From Octopus sinensis (taxonomy: Eukaryota): DNA of 64,000 bases. Below the pieces are notes generated by a model. It had not been told where the DNA came from and made no database searches. It saw only the letters and a list, made by a program, of their open reading frames with translations. Of this stretch, positions 50,781 to 64,000 are shown piece by piece. The DNA is taken from positions 127,968,001-128,032,000 of the forward strand of contig NC_042998.1 of NCBI RefSeq assembly GCF_006345805.1, written 5' to 3'. Position 1 is the first letter of the stretch; each line of letters starts with the position of its first letter. A program made the translations under genes and the position numbers.

Positions 50781-51246
50781 ACTCAGTATGACCAAGACCT
50801 CTATTTTTAAATATATTTGAAAAAACACAAACTTTTCGAAAATCGCTAGCTTTGGAAGCGGGCGAGACAAGAGATTGGGTATCACTTTCAAATGCATTTG
50901 AGCTCTTTTTTATTTCCCGTTTCTGCAGATCCTTCAGTCCTTTACTGTATTTTGCCACCGTTAAAATTAATTATCCTTAGATAGCAAATGTTGAAAAAAA
51001 TAGGCATAGATTGAGGGAAATTGAAACATCACCATTGATGAAAAATAAAATAATGATGAAGATAGAGGAATATTCAATACAGTAAAGGACAGAAGAGTCT
51101 GCAGAGAATGGAAAGAAAAAAGAGCTCAAATACATTTCAAAGTAATACCCATTCTTTTGTGCCGTCCACTTCCAAAGCTAACGATTTTCGAAAAGTTTGT
51201 ATTTTTTCAAATATCTCTAAACATAGAGATCTTGGTCATACTGAGT
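50781..51246. mobile_element. Foldback/MITE-like element with ~170-bp imperfect inverted arms
   Basis: 50781-50951 is inverted relative to 51076-51246. Confidence 0.75.
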
Positions 51247-52275
51247 TTTAAGGATTTTATTTTTGTCTTTTGTGAGCTGATCACACATTTTACTTGCATT
51301 TTGTAAGGTTTGGATATTTCTGTGATTTTCCGTCCAATGCTCAAGTACAAAGCACTTTTCGTTTAATTATAGGTTGCAGTAGGCTAATTTTGTTGAGATA
51401 TTGCTTCTATTTATCTAAAGGAGGATGTATTATTATAAAATCTTTGCTAAAATGTTCTTTTCAGCTGATGTAACGTTTCGTTGCTACTCTTGCAACCATG
51501 GCCACTATTTCATAAATTTGAAGTCTTCAAATTTTATAGTGCACATATATTAACCTGTTAAGAAGAAAAGAACTATAAAATGGTGTAAGACAAAAGAATA
51601 GAGAATGGTAACAATCTATAGATAATAAAACAAAGTTATTCGCTTGCATTTTGAAAAACAGTTGAATGTTGAAAATAGAAGCAGCTTATGTGAACAACTT
51701 TCGAGAAAAACGTTTTTGAGAGAGATGAGATGCAAATGATTGTCGGTTTTGAATTGAAAAGGCCACAAATGAATTTACATATATCAACCCATGAAAAGAT
51801 TTTTATTTATCAAGTCGTTTAAAGAAAAGTAAAATATTTGTAAAGATTGCACTGAAAAGATAATTTTATTTATCAAGCCATATAGGGAAATGTAAAAAAA
51901 GTAGTAAAATATGGGCTCGAAAGGTTCTTTGTACCTTCATTGCTGCAAACAAAATAAGTCTCTTATCTTTAGAAGTGAATAAAAGAGTGTATAGAATGTT
52001 GTAACTTAGATAAAAATGTTTATAAAGCAGAAAGGCTACTTGGCAAACAACTGTCATTTGTAAGAGAATGTAAGAAAGAATGTGAAATGAAATACTTTCA
52101 GCTAAGTTTAAAATCGAGCTCTAGTGGCCTCTTGTAATAATTGCTGGAATCTTTGTGTTTCGAAATTGAAAGAGATACTTGATAATAATGCAAGATAATA
52201 CCCAAAAACGACAAACAGATGCAGCTGTCAAAGCAAGAGAAAGATGTATACATATATATTTATGCATATAAATAA

Positions 52276-52393
<118 letters not shown>

Positions 52394-53819
52394 GTTAATA
52401 AATAAGACAACATTGATATGGATACAAAAGAAATGCGGTGAATAAAAATGTAGAAAAATAAATATATGTGTTTTTGTGAAAATGCAACAAAAGTATATAA
52501 TGTGTGCCGGATATGGAAGAAAACATAATTACATGTGTTCCCTTCTGTCCAATTTCACCTTGTCACCCTTTTCTGTAAAATATCTTTGTAATTGATCCTT
52601 TTTATTAATTAATATCAAGATAAGATATTGGCCTTAAGAGTAAATTTCGTTTAGAACCTTCTAATCATATGCGTAGGCATTTCATATGCATTCTCTTGCA
52701 CATACATTCTCTTGCATCCTAGTGCATTCCCTTGCACATACTCCTGCCACATTCTACACCCAACCCCCTTCTTTCACACCTGCTACCACTTCCACGCATT
52801 TTCGCACACAAAGCGGTTACACATACACTCACCTAGTTGGGTTTTTTTTACACCGGCTACCAATTCTCTTTCACTCTCCTTCACTTTTATTCTATATTTT
52901 TCTTTTGATGACGGACTAGCATCCTAAACGTCGAAATGCATTCTCTTCCTGTTAAATGTTAAGCTAATATAATATTTGTTAAAACCTTGTATCTTTCTTT
53001 TGCTCATTGCTTTCACTATATACAAGCATTCATGCATACATATAGATGTATACATGATATATATTTCCTTACGTATGCATATATTAGGTTTATATAGTTA
53101 ATATAGGTTTCTTACATAAACGCATACTTCCTTCTTGGTATCAAGTTATCAACCCTCGGTTAGAAACACTGATATTCGTTTCCTTTATTCTTTTCTTTAA
53201 CATTATGTTCAAATGTGCTCTGATAGTTGCATTTTATGTCACTAGATATTTGCATGAATACATATGTTTAAATCTTAGTATTTTGTTTATTGTTTAGTGC
53301 CGATATAATACTTTAAATCTTTGCTTATTTATTTACTCACTTGTAAATTTTGGCGCAGTTTTCACAGCTTGAATTTACACCTTCGCTAATATATGAAAAT
53401 ACAATAGAACATTATGCATTTTTTACACCCTTCCCAGCAATATTTGTCATACATTCTCAGTTTCTCTCGCTCTCTCTTTCTTTCTCTCCCTCTCTCTCTC
53501 TCTCTCTTTCTCTCTCCCCTCTCTCGCACACCCACATATAAGTATATGTATGTATTTCTCTTTCTCTCGCTATATATAAATGTATGTGTATATATATATA
53601 TATATATATATTATATATTATATATATCTACATATATATAATATATATATATAATATTTATGTATATATATATATTATATAATATATAATATATATAATA
53701 TATATAATATATAATATATATATGATATATAATATATATATAATATATAATATAATATATATAATATATATAATATATAATATATATAATATATAATATA
53801 TATATAATATATAATATAA

Positions 53820-53894
<75 letters not shown>

Positions 53895-54309
53895 ATAAAT
53901 TTGAGATAAAACCACTATTATGCAACTCAAACTTAACATAAGCCATCACTTTTTTTATCGCACATTGTCTTGCATTCAACGATGTTTGGCTGCAGTCAGT
54001 CTATTGTCTACATACACACATTAAACTACGGTATGCTACAGTTTCCAGCAGGCTCCTGATAGTAGCAATCTCTTATTTATCGTGTGAGATTAAGCGTGTC
54101 AACATCCTTTCAATGAAATGTTCTAATAACTATTTCATTTTCCCGCCATATTTTAGCCATTTCACAATTTAGTATACCGAGATCAATTTTTTGCCTTTTA
54201 GATTTGTCACAACCGTGTTTTTTTTTTTTTTCAAATGATAAGAAACGTAAGTTATTTCCCTTACTTCTTCGTCATATATCTTATGCCTGCAAGCACATTG
54301 GTGAATCTA

Positions 54310-55430
54310 AGCGAAAATCTTTATCCCTGATTAAGCACAAATTCTCCAGCCGCCTTGCCACTCTTGTCCGACCAGCTCATGATATTGTCCATCCATTGCG
54401 TATTTTGCCTGCTTCTTGATCTACTACCATCTACTCTTCCTTCTATAAAAACGTTTTTGAAACTGCTGCTTCTACGAATATGGCCATAACACATGAGCGC
54501 TTGTTTTTTCCCAATGTTCAAAAGTTGTGTTTCACCTTGTTGTAACATTCATTCATTTGTCGATGGTCCTTGTAAGAGATCCCGTAATATTTTCCTATAC
54601 ACACACATTTCGAACGCATTGATCATGTTCTCACCAAATTTGTTCAGAATCCATGCTTTGCAACCATAAATGCTTATTGGCTAAGTGAGGTCTCGCACTA
54701 GCCGTGTTTTGAAATTATTTGGGATACTTTTGCTGCTCCAGATGTTATTAAGCTTTTCCATAGTCGTTCTTGTCATGGTTAGCTGTGTCCCAAAGATATT
54801 TAGGCTCCAGGATACTTGTACAACTCAAGCAGTTCGAGCCTCTCACTAACCTAGATCGATCTTAACATTTACTTTGTCTTTTCCTACTACCATGGCATTG
54901 TCTTTTCGTGGTTGAAATAAAGACTATGCATATTTGATACCTTCTCGACTTTATCATTTCATGCAGTCCGGCTTCAGTCTCGGTAAGTAGAGCAGAATCG
55001 TCAGCATTCCTTAGATTAGAAGTATACAAGTCTTGTATTTTGATACCATTTTCTTCCTGTATTGCTTCTTGCATTAATCACCCAGTGTATATGTTGAAGA
55101 AATATAGAGAAAGAATGCAGCCCCGACGAACTCCTTTCCTATCTTTGAACTTTTCTGAATTACCATTATTTTCTTGAATGCAAGAATGACAAGCTGCTTG
55201 ATGAGCCTAATTAGGTGTTCCAGAATGCCGAGATTAAACATGATGCTCCACATGTGGCTGTAGCTTGCAGTCAAAAACTTTTCTGCAGTCAATGTAGCAA
55301 AGGAAATTTGTTCGAATTTCACAAATTTCAGAAATTGCGAAGTATTGATTTTTATTTTTTCTAAAATTGTCTGGAAGATTGTGAAAATGATCTCATTTGC
55401 CACGTCCGCTTCTAAAACCAGCCTGTTCTT
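54310..55430 (-). pseudogene. RTE-clade LINE reverse transcriptase remnant
   Basis: 'GKGVRRGCILSLYFFNIY', 'SNLRNADDSALL', 'YGHIRR..IEGRVDG.R.R..WMDNI'. Confidence 0.85.
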
Positions 55431-55713
55431 TAGCTATTTCATGTTCGAGGAATGATTTCAAACGTTCTAAGATGATGATCAAAAGTACTTTACTTGCATG
55501 TTGTATCAGAAAGATGGTTTCAAAATTTTTTCATACATAAGCAGGTGCCCAAACCCTACCCTTTTGTAAGGGGACATATTCTAACGAGCACCAATCTGAC
55601 AACCACTCTTTCTTTCACCAGATCATATCACAGAGGTTGTGGGGTATTGTTATGGAACTCTTTCCTGCACCCTTGATCAGTTCAGTTGACATGAATCTTA
55701 CCTCATCCAATAA

Positions 55714-56643
55714 CGAGGTGGTATCAAGAAGTTCCCGCGTTAGTTCTGTAGCGCGCCAACAAATAACAACACATGGTTGCGTGCACAATGATAGCTAGTA
55801 CTGACCTTCGTGAAAAAATGTGCCGAGTGATATCGCTGTGTTTACTTCACAATTTATGAAATTTGTGAAATTCATATTTTTGTGATCACGTGTATGCTGT
55901 AGTTCCCGATTTTTGTCATGGATAGCACTTTGGAACAAAGATACAACATGAAATGTTGCGTTAAACTTGCAAAGTCTGCTACAGAGACATTGAACATACT
56001 TCGGCATGCTTGCGGCTATGAGGCAATAGTTCGTGTGCAATGTTTTGAGTGGCAAAGGTACTTCAAAATGCGGAATAATGTCCCTGGAAGCCGATGAGCG
56101 ATCTGAAAAAAGCTGTTACGAGCGCCACCCCCGGAAATGTGGAGAGAATTCATCAGCGTGTGTATGAGGTTCATTGGAGGGCAATCAACAACGTTTTGAA
56201 GCGTTTGAAGAGCATCGAGATTTCGTCCCCCAGGACATTCAGCGAAGGCGACCGGACCTGTGGAGCGTGAAGAATTGGATTCTTCACGACGGCAATGCAC
56301 CCTGTCACCGATCTCTTCTCACTCGTGAGTTTCTCACCAAAAACAGCATGGTATCGCTTCCATACTCACTCTATTCATCATATTTAGCACCTGCAGACTT
56401 CCATCTCTTCCCCCAACATGAAAACGCAGCTCAAAAGTCGTAGTTTTAACACTTGTCAAGAGCAAATCGCAGAAGGTTCTCGACTCGCTTACGGAAAACA
56501 ACTTCCAGGCCGCATTCCAAAACGCTTGAACCGATATATTACTGCGCAAGGAGACTATTCTGAAGGAGATGATGTTAAAACTCAAGTAAATAAGTTATTT
56601 TTATTAAACATAACCAGTCCAGGAACTTTTTGATACCATCTCG
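55714..56643 (+). mobile_element. Internally deleted mariner transposon (930 bp)
   Basis: TIRs cgaggtggtatcaagaagttcc / ggaactttttgataccatctcg; fragments 'EQRYNMKCCVKL', 'WILHDGNAPCH', 'YLAPADFHLFP'. Confidence 0.88.
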
Positions 56644-57947
56644 TACAACTACTGAATGTCTTTCGAAATATATTTTTCTAAATATTTGATTTCTTTCTAT
56701 CCATAAAAGAAATATGTTGATTTTGTAATAGCATTTCGGTCCACTATTTTTCAACTTCTTGCTCATATATCAAAATGAATGTTATATACTAGACAGCAAC
56801 TCGCATTGAAAAGTATCCACGTTTAATCCGATCAATGTATGGTCTACTTACTTTGTATCAGTACTATGTGTGTATGTATGTGTGCATGTGTTTGTGCATG
56901 TGTGTGTATGGGTGCGTGCGTGCGTGTGTGTGTACGTGCGTGTGTAGTAATCTTTTGACTGACATTTTTCATTCAGACATTCTTGGATCATATCAATTAT
57001 ATTCTAGTTGGTTTCATTGTCTTTTGCAGAATTTTGGTTATGGTAAGATTTTTAAAATCCCACGTTTAACCTTTTACTGCTGAAATCAGATGCATCCATT
57101 CAAAATTTTATTACACTTGACTGCGGAAAGCAGTTTTATATACTAATCTAAATTGTGTTGCGGAATGTCATCTATAGAACTACTTTTTGTTGAGATATGT
57201 CAAGTTTATTGAGTCAACATGACTTACAGAAAACACACATTCTGTTTTTGGCAGATATTTAACATCATTACATGAAATTTAATTTCGAAGTTAAAAGGTT
57301 AAGAAATATATGTTCTTTCTTGCACTATGTGACACGAAGTGTATGAAGGAACCCCTACAGAAAATTCTGCTATGAAAATTTTACTCTTATTTCCACTTGT
57401 GTTTATTATTTTCTCACTCAAAATCTATTAATTCTTACATACTCCTCACATAATCAGATTTAACCACTGAAGCAGTGACATAGTCTTTTAAATAAAGACA
57501 ATTTTTTTCATTACAGATGAACATATATCACTGATTCACCGAATACGACAAATGCTGACACTCGCATATACACTGTTACACTTTATCTTAGATATTGAAT
57601 ACACACACATTTTATGAAATAAGTTGAAGATTAACTAAAAGATCATTGAGTATCAAATATATTCTGTTTTTTTTTCATCCCGTTCTTCTTTCAGCCTCTC
57701 TACCAAACTACTTTGTTTCCGACAAACTCATTGTTTCCGCTTATCTAATTAAATCATAGTTATATGACTACATGAATACACCATTAGATGTATGTATGTA
57801 TGTATGTATGTATGTATGTATGTATGTATGTATGTATGTATGTATGTATGTATGTATGTATGTATGTATTTATGTATGTGTGTGTATGTGAGTGTGTATG
57901 TATGTATGTATGCATGCATGCATGCATGTATGTATGTATGTATGTAT

Positions 57948-58430
57948 GCTTGGTGAGGAGGGTGTTTATTGGACACCCTGCGGGATGAAAAACAAAACCC
58001 GTCAAAGGGCGGAGGAACTCTTGGGAGTCAACGGCCATCCAATAAATGTCTTAGGGCTGTATCATGCGCGGGGACATAGAAATAAATGGACTGAGTACCC
58101 GATCGCGTGGTTAAGCCATTGGGAGTGAAGGACTCCTAGCCTTTGTTAGGGCATCCTTCTAGGAGAAGGTAACTCAGGTAACTGGGATAACTCCGACGTA
58201 AAACCTACGGCTCAGTGGTTACCGATGATGTTGAATTGTTCTTCTTTTCGGATTATGGCTGCTGTTGTTTAGTGAGTGGGATTGACTCAGTGCACAGCCT
58301 TTCCTCACTTTAAAAAAAAATCTTCTTGCACAGGCATTGTACGATAACAACATTGATTAAGCTTCGTGCAATGGCCATACTCGATAACGAGGAGACAGCC
58401 ACCATGTATGACGCTAACTGCTAGATATAT
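57948..58430 (+). mobile_element. RTE-LINE 5'UTR-like or RTE-derived repeat
   Basis: 'gggcatccttctaggagaaggtaactc' resembles the RTE 5'UTR motif; several hairpins at the 5' end. Confidence 0.4.
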
Positions 58431-59216
58431 TCCTTCAATCTGAAAGCATCGCTCAAACTACTGCCTGGATTTAACTAGGATTATCATTAAGGGGTTATAC
58501 CTTCACGGAAATACAGACAAACCTCCATGCCTTTCGGAACAAGATGAACTTTGAACTTTATTCTTCTATATACTGTTTTATTCTTTTGTATACTATGAAT
58601 TCTCTGTCTGGAACTTGCCTGCATACGCACCTTGCCTCTGATGACGGAATACCCAGTGTATGGGGATGTTGAACCATTACATGGAATATCCCCGAAAAGA
58701 CTGTTAGACATTAATTACTTCTACTTCGCCTTTTTCTAATTAAATAATTAAATATTCTAAATGACCTGAGATAATCGACCTGCCTTGGTTTTGCTTTACT
58801 TTCCTTTACTATATGTATGTATGTAAATGCGTATGTCTGTGTGTGTATGTGTGTATATGTATGTGTATCTGTGTGTGTGTGTGTCTGTGTGTGTGTGTGT
58901 GTGTGTGTTATGTAATGTACGTATTATAAAGATACGAGCTACTAATACTTTCATACACCAGAGATGCGAGTCTAGCCAGATTTGCAATAAATTGAATAGG
59001 CCCGGTGCTCAGAGCCTGCAGGCTGCTTAGAGGCACAAGGCGTATTATAAAAATCTTCCCAGCTTTTCATCTCCAATACATGAAACTGTTAGTAACGCGT
59101 ATCTTTATATTTCTTTATACTGTGTACATTAAATGATATTTACCTCTCACTGGATGGAGTACTTTCTTTGCTGGCCTTACCTTAACGGATCAGTAAACTA
59201 TATGTGTGTGTATAAC

Positions 59217-59258
<42 letters not shown>

Positions 59259-59297
59259 GTGTATATATATATATATATATTATATATATATATATAT

Positions 59298-59333
<36 letters not shown>

Positions 59334-59352
59334 GTGTGTGTGTGTGTGTGTA

Positions 59353-59431
<79 letters not shown>

Positions 59432-60015
59432 GTATATATATATATACATATATATTGCCATTCGTAGATAGATCATTGAATTCTGATCCATTCTAGCATC
59501 ACATAGATTTCAATGGAGATTTTTTTATGGGATTTGGAACGTTTTATATATGTGCTCTTATTGTTGTTATCAATTTCTTTTTCTATTTCGTAATCATTCC
59601 ACGTATAATACTTCAATTTTAGTCAGATAAATTATACAATATCATTATAGTTACTAATATATTTATAGCACAGAGGTTTTATATTGGTGCTATGCTTATA
59701 TGGATATGCGTATTTAGCGTTCAGAAAATTGACCAAGAGCATGACTCAAATGAAATGAGAGAATTACGAAAATACATGTTATTTCCACCTGGCATCACTA
59801 ACATTTTAGGATGTCTCGCTTTACTGGATTGGAAAACATTTTGCAACAATGGTTGTAGCAGAAATTAATGCTTTTCTGCAGAAAATGGAATTATTGTTAT
59901 CGTTGCTTATTTGATTGTTTGAGCTAGTCGACAAATCTTATTCGCAATTCGTTTTTCCCATTCCAGAAGAGACAAAGAAAACTTAATGCACACAGGCACG
60001 CATGTATCTATGTAT

Positions 60016-60112
<97 letters not shown>

Positions 60113-60307
60113 CAAACAGACAGACAAGCAGACAGACAGACAAGCAGACAGACAGACAGACAGACAGACAAGCAGACAGACATACAGAAATATATACATA
60201 GAAATATACGAATGAATGCATATGTATAATATATATAAATACAATTATACAAATGTGTATGTATGTGTTTATATATATATAAATATATATGTATATGTGT
60301 ATGTATG

Positions 60308-60341
<34 letters not shown>

Positions 60342-60939
60342 CTTGCTTATATACATATATAGATGTGTGTGTATTTGTGTGAGTGTGTGTGTGTGTGTGC
60401 GTGTGAATTCTTCTTATTCTGATTCCATTAACAAAAGTCTATAGAGATTTAATAATGTCTATAGTGATTTAATAATGTTTATTGCATGGATATGTTATTG
60501 CCAGGAAAATATTTTTGAAACTTTCGATGAGTTAAAGATCAGCAACAAGTTCTGCATCTTGCATGAGACGCTCCTTCCATAATTATACACCTCTGGGCTT
60601 CATCTCTGTTTCTCATCTCTTAGCTGAGAAATTTTTGACGTCTCCATGGTAGCAAGTGTTCAGTATTTTACAGAATAGGACATGCCCTAGGTTTACGTTC
60701 TGTCCCCTTACATTTTTCTCTTTAAACAATTTTAAAATTTCTCACTCGCACTTAATTCACATTTGTACTTACACTAAAGTATACTTCGATCCTCTTTAAT
60801 ATTTCGCAAGCAATTGTCCTCCATTTATAACGTAGATCAGTGGTTCTTAAACAAGCGATTTTTAAATGTATAATTTAAGATTAGTAGGTCTGGATCTGAT
60901 TGTTTTTAAAAAGTGTTTTGCCTTATTTTATGTATAGGT

Positions 60940-61470
60940 GCAAGTATCGCTGTGCGGTAAAATCTTAGCTTCCGAATCACTTGCTCGCGGGTTCAGGTTC
61001 ACTTTGTGGCGCTTGAGCAAGTGTCTTCTACTGTAGCTTCGAGCCGACCAAAGCCTTGCGAATGGAACTGGTAGACGGAAACTGAAAGAAGACCGTCGTG
61101 AATATGTGAGTGTTTGTGCATGGGTGTGTGTGTGTTTGTGTGTGTGTATGTGTGTGTGTGTGTGTGTGCGCGTGTGTGTGTGTTTACATGTATGCATAAG
61201 TCTTTACAGGCATGCATGCATGTGGTATATATGTATGCATGTATGTATGTATATATGCATGAGTGTGTGGGGGGTTGTGTTTTCTCTCACCACCACTTGA
61301 CACCCCCTGTTACTTGTTTACGCCCGCTTAACCTAGCGGTTCAGCAAAAACGTTCCGACAAATTAAGTAGCAGTCTTTATAAATGAGTAGTGGATGGTTG
61401 ATACGTACGACTAAAAATCTTCAAGGTGGATTCCCCTGCATGGCTGCAGTCCAATGATTGAAACAAGTCA
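60940..61470 (+). mobile_element. SINE family S2 (diverged)
   Basis: Consensus match. Confidence 0.75.
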
Positions 61471-61749
61471 AATATTTGTGTACGTGTGTTTCTATGATAA
61501 AACGACGTCAGATAATATTTTCTTTAATGTTCGATATTAAACGGTTCCTTTTTAAAACTTCCCATGTGAAGTTCGCCAGTAATTTTTGCCTAGCATGTGA
61601 AGAGCACCAATAGCACCAATACTGCTTTACTTAAACATCTAGAAGGCAAAAAAATTGAGAAACAATGATCTAGTCTTTTCACCTAGTTCGTTAACATCAG
61701 AAATTGATCCCTCAGAATTTGCATTCAAAACGAGAACAAGTGTAAACTT

Positions 61750-61981
61750 ATTTCTTTACTACCTACAAGGGGCTAAACACAGAGGGGACAAACAATGACA
61801 GACAAACGGGTTAAGTCAATTTTATCGACCCCAGTGCGTAACTGGTACTTATTTAATCGACCCCGAAAGGATGAAAGGCAAAGTCGAACTCGGCGGAATT
61901 TGAACTCAGAACGTAGGGCAGACTAAATACTGCTAAGCATTTCACCCGGCATGCTAACGTTTCTGCCAGCTCGCCGCCTTC
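61750..61981 (-). mobile_element. SINE family S1
   Basis: Consensus match. Confidence 0.85.
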
Positions 61982-62195
61982 AAGTGCAAACTATATACCC
62001 ATTTCCTATCACAATTCTGGCTTCACTAATTTCAGAATTAATTATTGGCAATCACTTCTAATATTACACAAGTTCACAAATCTAGGGAATGATATAGTGG
62101 ATAAATTTAATTCTAGTAATCAGTTTGTAGTTGTTTTATTGGAAATAGGGACACAGTTAATCTCGGAAGGATTTAATCTCAAAATATAACGGGAC

Positions 62196-62218
62196 AGTAG
62201 TAGTAGTAGTAGTAGTAA

Positions 62219-62287
<69 letters not shown>

Positions 62288-62355
62288 CTGTAGTAGTAGT
62301 AGTAGTAGTAGTAGTAGTTGTTGTTGTTGTTGTTGTTGTTGTTGTAGTAGTAGTA
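62196..62355. repeat. (TAG)n/(TTG)n microsatellite
   Basis: Direct reading. Confidence 0.95.
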
Positions 62356-63384
62356 AGGTGGATTGCAGAATCATTACAGCGTTGCACCAAATACCTTGGT
62401 GTATTTTTCTGATTCTTTAAGTCCTAAAATCCCACCACGGTCAACTTAGCCCGCCATTCTTCCGGAATCGATAAAATAAAGCAGCTGTTAACTTCTCTGG
62501 TCAACGTCGCCAGTCTGGAAGTAATCGAAAGAAAAAAGTCACAGGAAAAAAAAAATTCGGAACAAAATGAATGACAAACCTACATTTCATAGTTTATATT
62601 TGTATAAATCTGCGTAGATTATGTGTGGGTAGATGTGAAGGATTTTTTGCATGTCAGACCATTTAAATATATTTGTTTTTCTCTTTTTCAATGTTCCATA
62701 TAATGTCGTTTCTGTTTGTTCAATATTCGAACCCGTGCTGTCATATCAGTTATTATATACCGATAGTTAGTTGACAACTTATAGCATTTTTTTAGAAGAT
62801 TAATCTTCAAGACATTTTATGATAAATATATACAATTATTATACAAATGCTAAAAATTGAAATATGCAACGGTTCTCAAGTGTGAAATCGATACCCATGT
62901 GCATGGCAATTCCAAATAGTTACTATGACAACATAGTTTTATCACAACATTTTATAAAATTTAGTGGTTTTATTTGGTTTTGAGTTTCATTGCTTTGATT
63001 TTGTTTATAAATATCTAAAATATTTAAAAGTTCATAGGACACATTTTACAAACTAAAAGTGTGTTTCTTCAGTAGTTAAAGTAGCGTATCGTTTAGATAT
63101 GAACAAAATTCCTTATATTTTAGCAAGACAAATACCAGAAGTGAAATGGAAAATGTCATCCAGCTGGTGTTATCAATAAATTCTTTGAATATATGATATT
63201 AATTTTAGTTTTGCCTCTACTCTTATAGTTTCTAATTTTGTTTCTTTGTATTTGTTTTTGTTAATGCTGTTGGTTTTTAATTCTAAGTTAACCCTGATCT
63301 AATCAAGCTAACCCAAAGAATTCATATGACAGATTGAAATGACCAGCTACGAATCAAAGATCTACATTCAATGTATACTTTTTG

Positions 63385-63545
63385 GCATGGCACGCCGGAC
63401 AAAATGCTTTGCAACACTTCGTCCGTCTTTACGTTCTGGGTTCGAATTCCACCGAGGTTGACTTCGCCTTTCATCATTTCTGGACGATGAAATATGCACC
63501 AGTTGAGCACTGGACTTGGTGTAATCGATTTACATTCTCTCCAGA
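63385..63545 (+). mobile_element. SINE family S1 (5' truncated)
   Basis: 'gcacgccggacaaaatgc..gggttcgaattccaccgaggttgacttcgcctttcatc'. Confidence 0.75.
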
Positions 63546-64000
63546 AATTGCTGCTGTCTAATAGAGACCAACGCTTGTACTAATCTAATAACGTTAGCAT
63601 TGATTTTAAGATAGAGTTAGCTGTTATTCATAGAAGATCGAACTCTCTCATTGCCTTGTATTTCTGTTGTTTTTTTTGTTTGTTATTATTGTTTTTACTT
63701 TTCTTTCCGAGCTAAATGTAAACCATATTGTTATCCAATGTCCTTTATTTAAACAGAAGCACGTGATTTTCAGGATATTTGGCTACTATTCCTAGCAGAT
63801 TACGCAACAAATAGAGGTTACCTTGCTCGTCTATTGTAACTTCTGCAGTTACAATAACTCTACTTTCCTGCATAGGCTTCAACTACTGGGATGAGAAGCT
63901 TTCATTTTAACGTATAGTAACCAAAGAAAAATATATTTATTTTAAAGTGTCCGTTACTTGCACATGAAGGCCGCTGAAAGATCAATCGACCTGTTACGAA

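Noticed and set aside
52900-52950. TTGATGA-cgga..cgtc-GAAAT-gc-ATT core-like motif
   Set aside because: No stem I complementarity and C3 is mutated
58635-58705. CTGATGA near GAAA
   Set aside because: Stem I cannot form
59670-59870. Open plus frame FYIGAMLIWICVFSVQKIDQEHD...
   Set aside because: Not assignable to any family, with weak splice signals

Overview
This is AT-rich, repeat-dense eukaryotic non-coding DNA. The SINE families resemble octopus/cephalopod repeats (inferred from recall, not a database search). I could not support any host protein-coding exon; most track ORFs are microsatellite translations or transposon remnants. The window holds several tRNA-derived SINE families, mariner and Tigger/pogo DNA transposon relics, and decayed LINEs (CR1/Jockey-like, RTE, L1/Tx1, probable R4). 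The main signal is a high density of hammerhead-ribozyme (HHR) motifs. (i) At least six unrelated type-I HHR families sit in foldback or tandem elements next to (TA)n tracts, with 3' ends consistently pointing outward, as in Penelope-like pseudo-LTRs or retrozymes. (ii) A ~556-560 bp HHR-bearing tandem array with an internal inversion lies at 18.7-20.8 kb. (iii) Two unrelated repeat families carry an apparently non-circularly permuted hammerhead (strand order C-B-A) with compensatory stems and a shared GAAG/AGUA bulged-G-like internal loop; the intact-core copy is at ~43.3 kb. All RNA structures were paired by eye and need computational and biochemical confirmation.
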